From assembly GCA_001600815.1 (NCBI GenBank), contig BCKZ01000014.1:620001-670130 (forward strand): 50,130 bases of DNA, in the 5' to 3' direction. The DNA comes from Alloascoidea hylecoeti. Its lineage: Eukaryota. Every line of letters begins with the position of its first letter. Positions within the stretch are counted from its first letter, which is position 1. The translations under genes were made by a program, and so were the position numbers. Of this stretch, positions 12,495 to 23,972 are shown in pieces. The notes below the pieces were generated by a model, which saw only the letters and a program-made list of their open reading frames with translations, had not been told where the DNA came from and made no database searches.

Positions 12495-15097
12495 ATGTCC
12501 TCTATTAAACAAAAAAAAAGCAACAGAAAACTAGATTTCAATGTCAGGAGGATCATAAGTCAGAACACAGATCCAGGTAATGTCGTTCAAAAATACATAT
12601 CCTTATCCTTCTCTATGATTCTAACTTATATAATAATTACAGCCCTTAAAAATGGTATTTTGGATATTCACAGCTTTATAAAAGCTAAAGAATTTGAAAT
12701 TAAGCAAATGGCAGAAGCTCAATTACGTTCACGGTAAGTACTTCAAAAGAAGATACCCATTTTTTGTTTCACCCCTTTTAACATTTCTTATTTAATAGTG
12801 CTTCAGCGAAAAAACGAGTGTTTCAAAAAATGCCTCGAACTTTACGCCGTAGAACAGCATCTCATAATGTAAAGCGTATTCCTCGTCGTCATAGAGCCCG
12901 TGCTTTACGCGAAATGTCAAATGAATCTTCATCAATTAAAAAGGTCAAAAGTTTGCGTAGAAGACAATCATATCGATTACGCACAAAAACAATCTCAAAA
13001 TTATTGAAATTAGCTTCACAGGAGAAATCAAAAATAAATAAAGATGTTCTAATTGTTAATTCAATAGGAAATTTTGATATAACTGGTATCAATAAATTAT
13101 CCCCACAACCTATAGGTAAACTGAAATTTCGAAAACGGCAAGTTAAAAAAGTTTGGCTACCCACCCATATTTGGTCTGCGAAAAGATGTCACTTGGTTAC
13201 AAATTGGGGATATTCAATTCCTCTAAAACCAACACAGAAATGTTACAGATCAACACATAGAGCAAGTATTCAAGATGGTGCTCTCCTTTGGGATTCAAGC
13301 TTTATGGGATCTCTCGTATTAGATGGAAATAAAGAAGAAATAACACATCTCACAAGTGTTATTTGCAATGGGAAGGGAGGTTATAAAAGTGGAAGATGCT
13401 GGGAGGGGGAAATTTTTGGTGAAAATGGATTGTTAGGTATTGGATTAATTTATTGGGATTTTTATAATCAATTTCAAAATGACAATGGCGATGACACAAA
13501 TACTAGAGTTCTTATTAGAATACATCCCTCTATTTATACGACACTATTTGAATATTTACAAACTTTAATTCGAAAAATATCAAATACTGGATTTAAAACA
13601 ACCCAAATTTATGATTGTCGTTATTCAATCGGATCGATTGATATAACAGGTCCATCATCTGTATCTGCATTGACTACAATTCTTAAATCCGATCCTTCTT
13701 CTTCTTTATGGCAAAAGTTAAATGGATTAGCAGATTCTAAATCGTTACCCAAGAACATCACATTTTCATTCAATGTTCAGGATCCAAGAATATCATTTCC
13801 TCCAAAACAATCACAACCAAAACAACAGGATTCAGCTGATTTAGTTGACCTAATCCTCGCCATATCAGATACGAAGTGCAATAATGGACTCTTTAATTCC
13901 TCAGGTTTATTGACTGTTGAAGGAAGAACACAATCTTATATCAATCAAGCATCACTGAAACAAATAAATAAACAAAAATCAGAAAAAATACAAGGCACAG
14001 ATGAAAAACTTTTTACTGCTAATAACCCATCAATTCCAATTATATTATGCAAAAAGAATGATAATTCTTGGAGTTTATTAACTCCATGGCATTGGATACT
14101 TCCAATTTGGTATTCATTAATTTATTTGTCATCAATTAAAATAGGTGGTTTACAGCAATCACACCAATTATGTTGTGAATCAAATAAATTATATTACCCG
14201 GATGATTACCCTTTTTTGAGAGAAGGTTGGAAAAAAGAAAACGAAAATAAATTAAATTTAAAAACTGAATGGGAAAGGAAGCCACCAGGGAAAAGAATTG
14301 AATTTGATAGTTTAAAATTATTCAATAAAACTAATAATAATAACGATCAGTTGAAGGGTGAAGTCGGTGACCCCTTTTCTAACGATTGGAGATATTTACA
14401 ATTATTGGAACATTATTTGAAAATATGGAAGAAAAAGCAACGACAACAAGTAGTTTGTGGTGGTGGAAATTTTACATCGTTTGATACAAAAACCTTTAAA
14501 AGAAATATAAAGGTAAAACGAGACGTTTATAAATGTATAATAGATCAAAAAATTGCTGATTCTAAGTGGGAATCAAGTCATTCATCTTCCATAGATATTC
14601 CAATTGAGCTAGCTAAAGTTGAGATTAAAACTACTACTGAGATGGAAACTCATATGGATATTGACGAAGAGAATGAAGAGGATGATAATTTTTTAAAGGC
14701 GAAAATTATACCTATTAGATTAAACATCTTGAATCGTGGCCATGTTACCAGTCGTGCTAGAATTTATAGTATTCCATCAGAAGATCTTCGATACTGGCTT
14801 TCAACTCGTTATTCCAAATCAAGAACCAAAATCCAAAAATCCTTCAAAAAGCCAATTGATATTTGCGATCAAGTTATACCTCCAATCCCAACGGCAGAAC
14901 ATCTTATTGGGTATGTAACTTCCGGATCTTATAACTTACAAGAAGGATCTAGCACTGGAGTTGGATGCATAACTGCAGATAGCGATAGATATACCACTTC
15001 AGGAGAAGATATAAGTATCAATGAGTTATGTATTGTCAGAAATGTTGGTACTGATGTAGCCAGATTAGCAAAATGGAAAAAGATCACATTAGTCTAA
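12495..15097 (+). CDS. POP1: RNase P/RNase MRP subunit Pop1; introns 12577..12642 and 12734..12798
   Basis: Spliced N-terminus FIKAKEFEI..RVFQKMPRTLRRRTASHNVKRIP; WLPTHIWSAKRCH..WGYSIP..PTQK; YPDDYPF; WERKPPGKR; LIGYVTSGSYNL. Confidence 0.95.
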
Positions 15098-15275
15098 TTA
15101 GCTTCGCTGAACATTTTATCGTTAATGTATTGAGATCAAATTTAAGAAATTGAATCTTTTCGAAATAGTTATAACGTTATAATCAGAATTCTAATTATAG
15201 AGCATAACTTATAACTTATATAAAAGTAATTATAATCTTGAAATTGGTTGTGAATAGAGAAATGTTAATTTAGAT

Positions 15276-16104
15276 TTAGAACCCAAATATGTCATCAATT
15301 GCACTTTTCTTTTTATGTTTCTTTTTCTTTTTCCTTGAAGAGTTTTTCCTTTCTGGGTTGACGTTAACAGTAGAGGGATTTAAGTCTAAGCTGTAAGTAA
15401 CAGCTTCATTATTAACAGATGTACTCTCTCGTTTCATGCCTTTCGCAGGATTGAACGTTTCAGAAGTAAGATCATTATTATTTACAGGTTTACCAAGGTC
15501 ATCATCTATATTTTCATCAACAATATTATCAAAGTTATCGGAAGATGACTTATAATCAGGCGATTCAATCTCTTTAGATTTTTCAATTATTGGTGGTTTT
15601 AATATATCAAGCTGTAAAAATAATGAATAGATAGTTGATAACGATGCTAACAATGATAACCCTAAAACAACAAAATGACCCAAGGCAATAATACCATTAA
15701 ACTCTCTTGTAAAATGTGTTAGTATATATTCATGAGAGAAGTGATTAAGCGACATACTGAAAGGCTTTTGGAAAAATATTTTTATATAAAAACCGTATGT
15801 CCATCATTATCATCTTCGATTGATTCTGAAATACCATCAAGTCCTTCTTCTCCCACTTTTTCTTATTCAGAGATTTTTCGTTATTGCCATCCACCGAATA
15901 CCCTTTCTGAATTAACCAGTTGTTTTGATCATTTGATAAATTCAATATTCGACGAGATCGTCTATGAAGAATTGAAAGATATTTCCACCATACAGAACGT
16001 CTATGCTGATTTTTATTACGATAATATAGCAAGTGAAGAATCTCAAATTCACTTTTAAGTGATTGGAATTGCGAGCTGTTAAGTATCGTTTTTGGTGGCT
16101 CCAT
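15276..16104 (-). CDS. RMP1: RNase MRP-specific subunit Rmp1; intron 15706..15757
   Basis: HLLYYRNKNQHRRSVWWKY motif. GTATGT donor at 15757, TACTAAC branch at 15718-15724 and AAG acceptor join the two listed ORFs into AFQEFNGIIALGHFVVLG. C-terminus KKKKK..SAIDDIFG. Confidence 0.9.
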
Positions 16105-16173
16105 TAAGAAAATGAAGAAAGTATGTAAGACTTATATTTATTGCTTCATAGTAGAAAATACGTCTGACTCTAT

Positions 16174-16208
16174 TTACCCGGCTAATTTTCAATTTTTTAC
16201 GTTCATCA
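16174..16208. promoter_or_regulatory. Candidate Reb1 site with RRPE-like and PAC-like elements upstream of RMP1
   Basis: TTACCCG at 16174-16180, AATTTTCA (TGAAAATT on the minus strand) at 16184-16191, and TTCATC (GATGAA) nearby; fits a ribosome-biogenesis promoter. Confidence 0.45.
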
Positions 16209-16441
16209 GAGAATATCAAATAGCTATTTATCACGCACCATTCCCATTCAAAATAACTACAATCAATACAATATTTCAAATTTACAATATTTCAAATAAA
16301 CATATTTATATTGATATATATATTTCAAATAACTATATATATATCTAATATAATATTCCAAATTATTAATACAAAATTTCAAATAAATATAATTAATATA
16401 TAAATTACTTCGATCCACCATAATTAATACAATTCTTTATT

Positions 16442-17103
16442 ATGGATCAAACAAGTAGAGAAGGTGAATCACTAGTTGCAAATATTCATGCACGAATTGT
16501 GGAAGACAATATCCAACAACGAGCAGATGGATTTCAGTTAGTCCAAACTATAAATAAAAGAACTATAAACGAAAGGAAAGACATCATTCCTCAAAATACA
16601 AAGAATTATTATGGGGCTTCCCCAAAAAGATATCTCGAATATTGCAGAGATAAATTCAAAAATGAAAGATACCCGGAAAAGGTATTTAGCGACAGATTGA
16701 TGTGCTATTTGTATTGCAGAAAAGATAGGGGGAAAAATATAAAGTCATTCGAAATGGTCAGATTTTCACCAAAAAAGTACCATTAAGCTTTCAGACTATG
16801 GATTAAATAGTATCAGCTGTAATCAGTTTATACCACGAGCAGGTGATTGAAGAGCAAGCTGAGTTTGGTGGACAAGCGTGGGACCACCCAAGATCAACAA
16901 ACGTAAAAACATTTGTAAAAACATACAAAGGCCAGATTGCTCAATATAATATCATTACATTCAATAAAGATCCCGATATAAACAATGCGTATAGCCATTC
17001 GGACCTGCTCGCTATGATTGCCTATGGTTTGGTGCATTCAAATGCTACAAAATCTTTCATAGGAACCATTTCGACAATTGTATTATCCCATAATCCAGTG
17101 TAA
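16442..17103 (+). mobile_element. Crypton (tyrosine-recombinase transposon)/Ndc10-like N-terminal remnant, pseudogenised
   Basis: Joining frames across the A-run near 16771 gives PQNTKNYY..YLEYC..EKVFSDRLMCYL..LSFQTMD*IVSAVISLYHEQ..DHPRSTNVKTFVKTY..NAYS. This matches the Crypton pattern PKNT..Y..W..WC..VTEDKL..FL..YVSAIVDL..Q..PR..DGY. Stop at 16804-16806; no catalytic domain seen. Confidence 0.7.
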
Positions 17104-18070
17104 ATTTTATAATAATGTATGAAGTTGTTAAGGATATTCAAATTAATTTTTAAAATGTAAAATAGTGCTATTTAAATTTAAGTCCATGCAATAAGATGGT
17201 CAAAATTTTCATATTTTTATTATAAATGGGTGGTATATATTTCAGGAAAACTTTCTTTTGACCTGCGCGGGTTTTACATATAAATTTAGTATGCGTTATA
17301 TGTTTTACGTTAACACATACAACCGCGAAGATTAGAAATTTTGTTAACTCAATCATCCTCTTTTCTTTTTAATTAACAGTTCTTAGCACTACTTGCATAA
17401 GGTATTGGCAAAATGACGAATCATTTTAAAATTGCCACTCATCTTTGCTTATTGTCCCAGAGTGCATCTTCAGAATCATTTATTGTTGTGTTCATCATGG
17501 TTATAATTAGGAAGCAAAGATTGATCCTTCGATTGTATCAAATCGCCTATTTGGGTAATTTATGCATGTTGTTGGTGGTTCAACTCTCTCTCTTTCCGAA
17601 AACATAAAAATAAGAATGCAGTGACTTCTATTTATCATTTGTATATTTGTGTATATCTTTAAATTTGTGAATTAATGCTGCTGGTTGTGGATTGTACTAG
17701 AGACTAAAAAAGGGTATTGGGAAAACCTCATGCACTTTCATTTTAAATGTGAACTACCATATCCACAGTACACATTAGGAATTGCTACACGACAATTGTA
17801 TAGATTTTACCATACAACAAGAAGATCTCTAGAATAATTATATTTCCAGGGTTATGGAGAGTTACTAATTCATTAATTATTTCTCCGGTAGCAAGGAATC
17901 TGCCCCAGTGGTCGTCTCTGTATAGTGTAAATTCAAGTAGATTCGTACACCTCGATCACTAGATTTCTCAGAAACAGGGTAAAATTCGCAACCATTTGTT
18001 TTTGGAAAAATCAAGAATACTTGCTGACAACCACGGGTTCCAAGACAAAAAACCATTTGACAATTGCAAT

Positions 18071-19327
18071 ATGGTTTCACATAAAAATTTTCAGACCACT
18101 CTCGATTTTGTTTCCGGTCTCCCTGATGAAATATCTGAAATAATATTCACAGATTTGCTACCAACAACTTTACTTAATTGTAGAAGAGTATCTAAATCAT
18201 GGAAACAAATGGCTGATAATGATAATATATGGAGATCAAAGTTTCAAGATCAAAAATGGAAATACTATAATGATGATTCAGAAACCGATTCATGGTATGA
18301 ATTATATCAGGAGCGTTATCTTTTAGAATCAAATTGGAAAAATGATCAATTTACACAGCATAAGTTAAGTGGTTATTCTGACATAACATATTGTGTTAAA
18401 TTTTTTAGAAGCTGGATTTTAACTAGTTCGGAAGATTGGGCAATAAGAATTTGGGATAGTGAGACTTTTCAATGTTTGGAAATAATAGGTGAACCGGACC
18501 CTGGGATTTCAAGAGAACATTTATTGAATACATAAATATTGGAATTAACAAATAATGTTGATCACTAATATCCATACAACGAACACTACCGATATGAAAT
18601 TTGATATCAATATTTGGTTTCTGGTTCAACTGATGGTTCTTGTATCATTTGGAAATTATCAGACCTTAAACCAATAGATCGTCTGGTAATATCAACACAA
18701 AGATTAAGCATTGTAAATGATGTCTCTATGTACAATGCCTATATTATATGCTGTTATGATGATGGTTATGGTGTTTGGAAATAAAATCATGATCAACTAC
18801 AGTTTAATTTTCAACTCCGCATAGAAGGAGTAGATTGGATTGGTGGTATTTTCATTCATAATAGTATTTTATATAGTAGAGAATTTGGGGCTACAAGAAC
18901 CTGGAATATTTAAACTGGTCAAATCATCCAAGAATTTCGAAATGTATATGTCAGATCCATTGCAGTAAATGATCAATACCTATTTGTCGGTGAATACGGC
19001 AAGGTAACAATTTGGGATTTACAAACAAATAAAACATGTATTTTATCGGACGAAGGAATAGATATTGATGAAGCACCAGTTAAACTATCTATAGCTAATA
19101 ATCAAATCATTTCTGTTAATGATAATTGTACTATTAAGACTTGAAATTTAAATGATCTAAAATTATTTAAAAAATTTAAAAATTTAGAACATAAAAAATT
19201 GAATTCACATCCTGTTCTTTCAATTGGTGCTGATTCGAAAAAGCTAGCTGCTTTTACCATGGATGGTGATATTGTTATTTATGATTTTACCGAAAAATTA
19301 AGGAAAAAATATTTAAAACATTTATAA
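18071..19327 (+). pseudogene. F-box/WD40-repeat protein pseudogene (SCF substrate adaptor-like)
   Basis: F-box DFVSGLPDEISEIIF..CRRVSKSWKQMADNDNIWRSKF followed by WD repeats in one frame to TAA 19325-19327. In-frame stops at 18533, 18782, 18911 and 19142, plus an inverted segment at 18558..18610. Confidence 0.88.
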
Positions 19328-20565
19328 TCTATTGATAATTGATCATGAAAATAAACATCATTGCTTAAAGAAGTTTTTAATTGAAATAAATCATTTTATC
19401 CTGTTAATGTAATTTAACCTAATTGTATTTATATGAAATCTGGTCATTCCAGGATTATAACCTATGTAAAGTTTATAAGTATAACCTATATAATTGACAT
19501 AACAAGATAGAACCATGTGTTAATCCTTCATCTAAAAACTACTCATTAACATTCCATTATTATATGATCACTTCAGTACCCTACTTAGAACTTTGGGATA
19601 TTACCATACTTCTATTTCATCCTTCTGCTCGCATACCAGTCATTAATATAGTGAATAGAATAGGATATAAATAGATACAACTTTCCTTTAATACAACGTT
19701 CATATTATTCATTTAAATTCTACCATTTATTACATTTACAATAGTAATTTTGATTTGTTCATGTTTTCATATCGTACCTCAGATATAGGGGCATATCGAA
19801 CTACGTTTATTAGGTGTTCACTCTGAAACATACTTTATGAACATAAAACCTAGGAATTCTCAAGGAAATATAACTAAACAAAATAGAAATAAGATTCTCT
19901 AACTTGTCTAAGTATCACTGGAGACAATTCTAGAGAAAATATGGCCTTCTTTTGCGGTGACAACTAGTAATGCACTGGTATATATGAATTGCGAGTATGA
20001 TATCGATTACAAATTATAAAAAACTCAATACTCATGTTATACACCTATAATCACACAAGAAAAGAAAAGAGACATGATTTTAATTAAATATGAATCAATT
20101 GCAATAAAACCCTTATAACAAATTAAAATTACAATGACTTCAAGATGGAGATATACATGTAGCAAATGCATGAGAGAATCCTAATGGTAGACTACGGTTT
20201 CATTTGTTAATAAGGAAGAGAAATAGCATTGTTCATGGTAGCGATAGTGATCATAACTGGAGATGATATAGAATAAGGTTAACTATTAATATTAAACATA
20301 TTAAGAATATAGTCTTAAGATATAAATTGAAGGAGCGTGCAGTCTAAAGAAAATCAATGAGGATATATAGGAATACATATTCTTGACAATTGCATTTAAA
20401 AGATAAAAATATGAATCAAGTTTTAGGTGAAAATAGAAAAATACTAGTGAATTTCAAAAAAAAAAACATTATAATGTATATAAAAAGGAAGGAACAAAGA
20501 AACAATACCCAAATTCAAACGAGATTTAAAAGGAACTAATCATGGCAATTTCAATTTCAATTGAA

Positions 20566-21899
20566 TCAGTCTAACAATATTCTTGGGTTTGGTCTTGGGG
20601 AATAAGTAGCTTCACTTTGAGCCATATGCATTGAGTCGTTGTCACTATTAGTTGGAGAAGTAATATTTAAATTGATTGCATCTGAACACTGTTTTTGATG
20701 ATTTGCTTCATGTTTGATGCCAGTTGTATATCTTTTTAAACTATGATTGAAACCCATCTGTACTTTAACAGCAGTTATAATTGTTAAAATTAAACAAAAG
20801 ATGGTTAGAGCGGCAAAAGTTGTTAAAGATTTCCTTGCAGATTTATAGACGGTTTCTGATTTTTTTGTATACATTCTGACGAGTTTGAATAAGAAATAAG
20901 CTAGAGCACAGAAATATAGAAATATAACAGCCATCATACCATGGGAAATTTCTAATCGTGCGAAAAAGTAAGCACAAACTAGGATAATCATAGTTAATGG
21001 AATAACAGCGATGGTTAAAGCGAATTCAACATCATGAGTTTTTAGCATTATAACACAAAATTGGATCGTAAAAGCTAAGAAGAAGAAGAAGTCAAATTTC
21101 AGCAATGTACAATAGATCTGATAAATAATATAACGATTCCTCATTTGCAAGTCTGCTCCTATATGTTTAAACATTGACCAACCGAATTCTTTGTATAACA
21201 GAAAGGCAAGATAAGTCTCGGATGAAAACGTTATACACATTACGCATATGACAGCTATTAAGCTTGCTTTTGTTGCAGTTCTCCAGTCTGATTCTAGATA
21301 GCTGGCAATTGTATTTTGAATTTCATAATATTGGATGCCTGAATATACGCACATGGCCGCGTAGAAGAAGGATAGTAAAAAGATCTAGAATTGGAGTGAT
21401 GTTAGGAATATTGATAATAGACACTAGATAAAATCAAATCAGGGTCAACGTACTTGGATAGTGTTCTCGTTCAGCAGAGCTTCATAAGATAGGACGACTT
21501 GATATACCTATATACGGGAGGTTAGTTGGATTGTATAATGATCGATTTAGGTTCAGTTTGGAAAATGAGGACAGAAACACTTTTTTTTTCAAGTAGAATT
21601 AAGTCCGGAGATCAATAAAAAGAATAATGGTGGATGTTAAGCTGAAGGGAGGGGGACAAGCTGAAACATACCTCTGAGAAGATGAAAAGGGCCAAGAAGG
21701 TCGCTATTGTTCTGGCCTTGTTGTCTTTATTAGCATTTTGTAGATGTCTGATATAAACTGTAAACAGATAACTCTGTAGAACGAGAATGATCAGGGCCGA
21801 TATCACAGAGACGCCAAAATAGATGCGAGCGACCAGAGACTTGCGTGGGATGAGCCTGCCTAAGATAGTTTTTGGTTGTTCGTATTCCTCGTAGGACAT
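20566..21899 (-). CDS. UPF0658-like multi-pass Golgi membrane protein; introns 21508..21671 and 21385..21453
   Basis: Spliced TFLALFIFSE/VYQVVLSYEALLNENTIQ/IFLLSFF..YSGIQY; LYKEFGWSMFKHIGAD; LLKFDFFFFLAFTIQF; FNHSLK. Confidence 0.85.
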
Positions 21900-22424
21900 G
21901 ATCGAAAAAAGATGGAGGAACGGTTGAGAGAATGAGAGTGTCAGCAGTACTAATTATATAAAAAACAATACGAAGGAGTAATCAAAATCAGGCGGGTCTG
22001 CGGCTCCCGATCTGTCTTGGCTCGGAACGGGTCCTCGCGTGCATAACTGCCCTGTCACGTGCCACTGCCACTGCTAGCCTTATAAGATCTGCAGCTGCAA
22101 GTTTCTGCCTCTGCCAGGTAAAAGACGGTTGCATCTGTTTACATACTTTAACTGAAATGTTTCTGTTGCATACATAATGTTGTAGACATCTATTATATTC
22201 TTAATTGTATAACTCAATTGTAGTAGCCTGACGACACAAGCCTTCCTCAAGAATGATATAAAAAGGCCAGATGTCTCCAAGATTTCTCTTTTTTTTTTCT
22301 TTTCTTTAGGCTTTGCGAAGATTGGGAACCCTCCACCCTAAAAATAGTGTGCTATCCATATTACTTCAGTTACCGAGTCTTTATACATTTATCGTTAAAA
22401 GCATCGTCTTATTAACAAGTGGAA

Positions 22425-23972
22425 ATGCCGGAACTTGATTTAAACACCTATGCCTCAGAATTAAAGAATGCATACGATAACTTAATTCGTTTTAAGTCTT
22501 CTACAACTGATAACTGTCGTTGGACAACATTTGGCTATGAAGCTGTAAGAATTTTAAAGCCAATTAACAGTGGTTCTTCATTAGACCAATTAGTTATCCA
22601 ATTTAAAATGGATTCCATAATGTATGCTTTGCTTAAACTAAACTCGAAATATATGCTAATTGGTTGGTGCGGTGAAAAGGTTCAAATTAAAACTAAAATG
22701 TGGTTCAATTATCATCTTAATGATTTTTCAGAAAGGTTTATAACCATTAAACATGATCATTATATCGCAAGAACTCTCGAGGATTTATCTTTGGATGAGA
22801 TTTTGAATAATTTTACTGGTAGAAAGGATAGTGGTTCCATTAACTTAGAATCACCAATCCCAACCCTAAATATTAAATCAAAGGTTAGAGATTTTAATTT
22901 GAAATCAGTAATCTCAAAGAAATATCCACCACCAATTGCTCCTTCACCACAAAAGAAAAGTGTGGACATTCTAAGATTGCAAGCAAAGTCTAAGAAGGCT
23001 GCCCCTGACCCAACTACAGGAATAAGATCACCAAAGAAAAGAATGTCTCAAATTACTGTTATTACTACCATTGCTTCTTGTATTGAAACTTCTCCGTTAC
23101 CAGATTTCTCAACTTTAAAGATGAAGTTTGATAATAACTCTAATGGATTTCATAGAACCGTTTCAAGAACAATCTCAAGAGAAAGTATTTATTCAAATGT
23201 TACTGATGAAAGTGAGCTACAATTAAAGAAATCAGATACTGCTATTACAACTCCTGATGAAGAATTATCTAATCCCTTGGATGATTTTGAAAAAGTTTTT
23301 AATCAAGAAATTACTACTCCTATTATCGTTACTGATACAAAAGAAGAAGTTGGTACTGGTGAAAAACTAGAGTTTGAAAACACAGTTCCTTCAATTTTAG
23401 AAAAGTCTTCGGTTTTACCTGAAATTGATATTACTGAAAAATCAAGTTTTTATGCCTTAAGTTCAAGTTCAATTATAAGTGATAATTGCTACTATCCATC
23501 TGCAATTGCTTTGTTAAATTATCCCAAATCTAATGAAGCTGAATTGAATTTGGAAGAAGGTGAACCATTAGAAGATATTGAAACCATGGATAATGAATGG
23601 TTTCTAGCTACAAATAAATTTGGACAAAGAGGTTTGGTACCTGCGTCATATATTCAATTAAATGACTCCGATTCTGATTCTGAGGATGAAGATCAAGATG
23701 ATGTATATGATGAAATGTCACCAATTCCATGTTCTACTGTACACGTTATTAAAGAAAAAGATAAAGATAGAGATAAACTAATAGATGAGAAAGATATATT
23801 AAACGCACTTGTGCAAATCAGATATAATTCTACTAAGCCTTATCAATTAAATCTATGTCAAGGAGACATTGTAAAAGATGTTGAAATTGTCGATGATGAT
23901 TGGTGGCTTGGTACGTTATCAAATCAAAGGAAAATGTTTCCGTCAAATTATGCTAGTCTAATATGGACTTGA
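22425..23972 (+). CDS. ADF-H (drebrin/Abp1-like) domain protein with two C-terminal SH3 domains
   Basis: KYMLIGWCGEKV ADF-H motif. SH3 motifs ALLNY..EAELNL..NEWF..GLVPASYI and YQLNL..DDDWWLG..MFPSNY. Confidence 0.8.
   Translation: MPELDLNTYASELKNAYDNLIRFKSSTTDNCRWTTFGYEAVRILKPINSGSSLDQLVIQFKMDSIMYALLKLNSKYMLIGWCGEKVQIKTKMWFNYHLNDFSERFITIKHDHYIARTLEDLSLDEILNNFTGRKDSGSINLESPIPTLNIKSKVRDFNLKSVISKKYPPPIAPSPQKKSVDILRLQAKSKKAAPDPTTGIRSPKKRMSQITVITTIASCIETSPLPDFSTLKMKFDNNSNGFHRTVSRTISRESIYSNVTDESELQLKKSDTAITTPDEELSNPLDDFEKVFNQEITTPIIVTDTKEEVGTGEKLEFENTVPSILEKSSVLPEIDITEKSSFYALSSSSIISDNCYYPSAIALLNYPKSNEAELNLEEGEPLEDIETMDNEWFLATNKFGQRGLVPASYIQLNDSDSDSEDEDQDDVYDEMSPIPCSTVHVIKEKDKDRDKLIDEKDILNALVQIRYNSTKPYQLNLCQGDIVKDVEIVDDDWWLGTLSNQRKMFPSNYASLIWT

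Noticed and set aside
15732..16058. 108-aa plus-strand ORF
   Set aside because: Antisense to RMP1 exon 1; no recognisable motif.
18423..18629. Minus-strand 68-aa ORF with a WD-like motif as a separate gene
   Set aside because: The motif comes entirely from the inverted 53-bp segment of the plus-strand pseudogene.
17996..19327. Stop-codon readthrough or a variant genetic code rescuing the F-box/WD40 gene
   Set aside because: The stops are mixed (TAA and TGA), neighbouring genes end normally in these codons, and the inversion independently disrupts the frame.
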